Made by a program: the position numbers and the translations under genes | Notes under the pieces: generated by a model | Told to the model about the DNA's origin: nothing | The model's input: only the letters and a program-made list of their open reading frames with translations | The model's database searches: none | Part shown: one piece after another, positions 63,035 to 64,000 of the stretch | How the letters are laid out: each line of letters opens with the position of its first letter | Position numbering within the stretch: position 1 is the stretch's first letter | Assembly (NCBI GenBank): GCA_030390025.1 | Contig: CM059432.1 | Span: 108,440,001-108,504,000 of the forward strand | DNA: 64,000 nucleotides | Source of the DNA: Squalus acanthias | Lineage: Eukaryota | Direction: 5' to 3'

Positions 63035-63646
63035 TTCATTCTCGGAATGTAGGTGTCACTGACGAGGCTGACATTTTATTACCCATCCCTGAAAAGGTGG
63101 TTGTGGACCTTCTTGAACTGTTGCAGTTCATGTGGTGAAGGTGCTCCCGTAGTGCTGTTGGGTAGGGAGCTCCAGGATTTTGTGTTCCACATAAAAGTGG
63201 TGTTCCACAGGCGGTGCTGTTGTTCACTATTTACATAAATGAGGTTATAACTATCAGGAAAGATTGAACAGGCTGCAACTCTTTTCTCTAGAAAAGAGAC
63301 TGAGAGGTGAGCTGATAGAGATCTTTAAAATTAAGAATGAATTCGATAGGGTAGACATAGAGAAGATGTTTCCAATCTTGAGGGAGACCAAAACTGGGGA
63401 CCATAAATATAAGATAGTCACAAATAAATCCAATAAGGAATCCAGGAGAACCTTCTTTACTCAGAGTGGTGAAAATGTGGAACTTGCTGCCACATGGAGT
63501 GGAGGATAGGTAAGTACATGAGGGAGCAAGGAGTAGATAAGTATGTTGATATGGTGAGATGAAGTAAATAGAGTGGGGGTGTGGAGCAGAAACACTGGCA
63601 TAAACCTGTTAGGCCGAATGGCCTGTTTCTGTGTTGTAAATTCAAT
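63035..63646. mobile_element. Family-B LINE tail (about 63035-63185, minus) and CR1 3' fragment (about 63240-63646, plus)
   Basis: Reverse family-B tail, then RLQLFSLEKRLRGELIEIFKI and a CR1 3' UTR. Confidence 0.85.
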
Positions 63647-64000
63647 GGGGGAAAAATTCAGTTGGTTGTGCCTCCCGTTAGCGCCTTAAGAGGGCGCTAA
63701 TGGGGCGCAAAGCAGCTAGCGCCCGGGCGCGGCGAAGTTTGCGCCGCTCGCAAAATTAACTAGACATTTTGCGGCGGCGCTAAACACTACCGCCACGATC
63801 TCCTGCGCCGGCAGATCATGACGTCACTCGAGTGCGCAACGCCCCGGTATCGCCCCGGAGCGGATATTGAGTGGCGCCCCCTGCCTTACCGCCTGACGCG
63901 AGCAACGACAGGTTGAGGGGAGCGTTCTGCAGTCATGAAGGGAAAGGGGGAGCGCTATTTAAAGGTGAACACTTCCTGCCTTTTATTGTTGGTGCCATTT
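63647..64000. mobile_element. Left arm of a related PIF/Harbinger-like element (runs off the window)
   Basis: GGGGGAAAAATTCAGTTG...GCCTCCCGTTA...GGGGCGCAAAGCAGCTAGCGCCCGGGC, shared with 62155. Confidence 0.78.

Overview
Vertebrate genomic DNA, most likely from a cartilaginous fish (shark), judged by its CR1, L2, Deu-domain SINE and Penelope-type repeats; the species cannot be fixed from the sequence. Two genes lie head to head. VPS41 (minus strand) has coding exons 1-3 at 33938-33921, 23397-23359 and 238-131, reading MAEVDQ|ETQNYEESTDESE|EEDSEEEPKLKYERLANGVTEILQKDAASCMTVHDK. POU6F2 (plus strand) has coding exons at 41109-41213 and 56112-56286. Between them are a housekeeping-type promoter (NRF1 plus two ZNF143/THAP11 motifs), a CpG-rich patch and a 2.6-kb complex GT-rich tandem array containing a 500-N gap. 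The VPS41 introns are packed with nested retroelements (including one near-intact CR1 ORF2) and DNA-transposon relics (PIF/Harbinger-like with a Myb/SANT relic, a Tc1/pogo MITE). POU6F2 intron 1 is largely repeat-free. I found no convincing new multi-gene system. The best leads are: a hairpin-rich, possibly transposon-derived cryptic exon in VPS41 intron 2; a LINE copy whose in-frame RT deletion has splice-like ends; an ORF1-only CR1 joined to a younger CR1; the promoter-proximal GT/G4 array; and the repeat-depleted POU6F2 domain. Repeat boundaries are by eye and approximate, and comparisons to human proteins and repeat consensuses are from memory.
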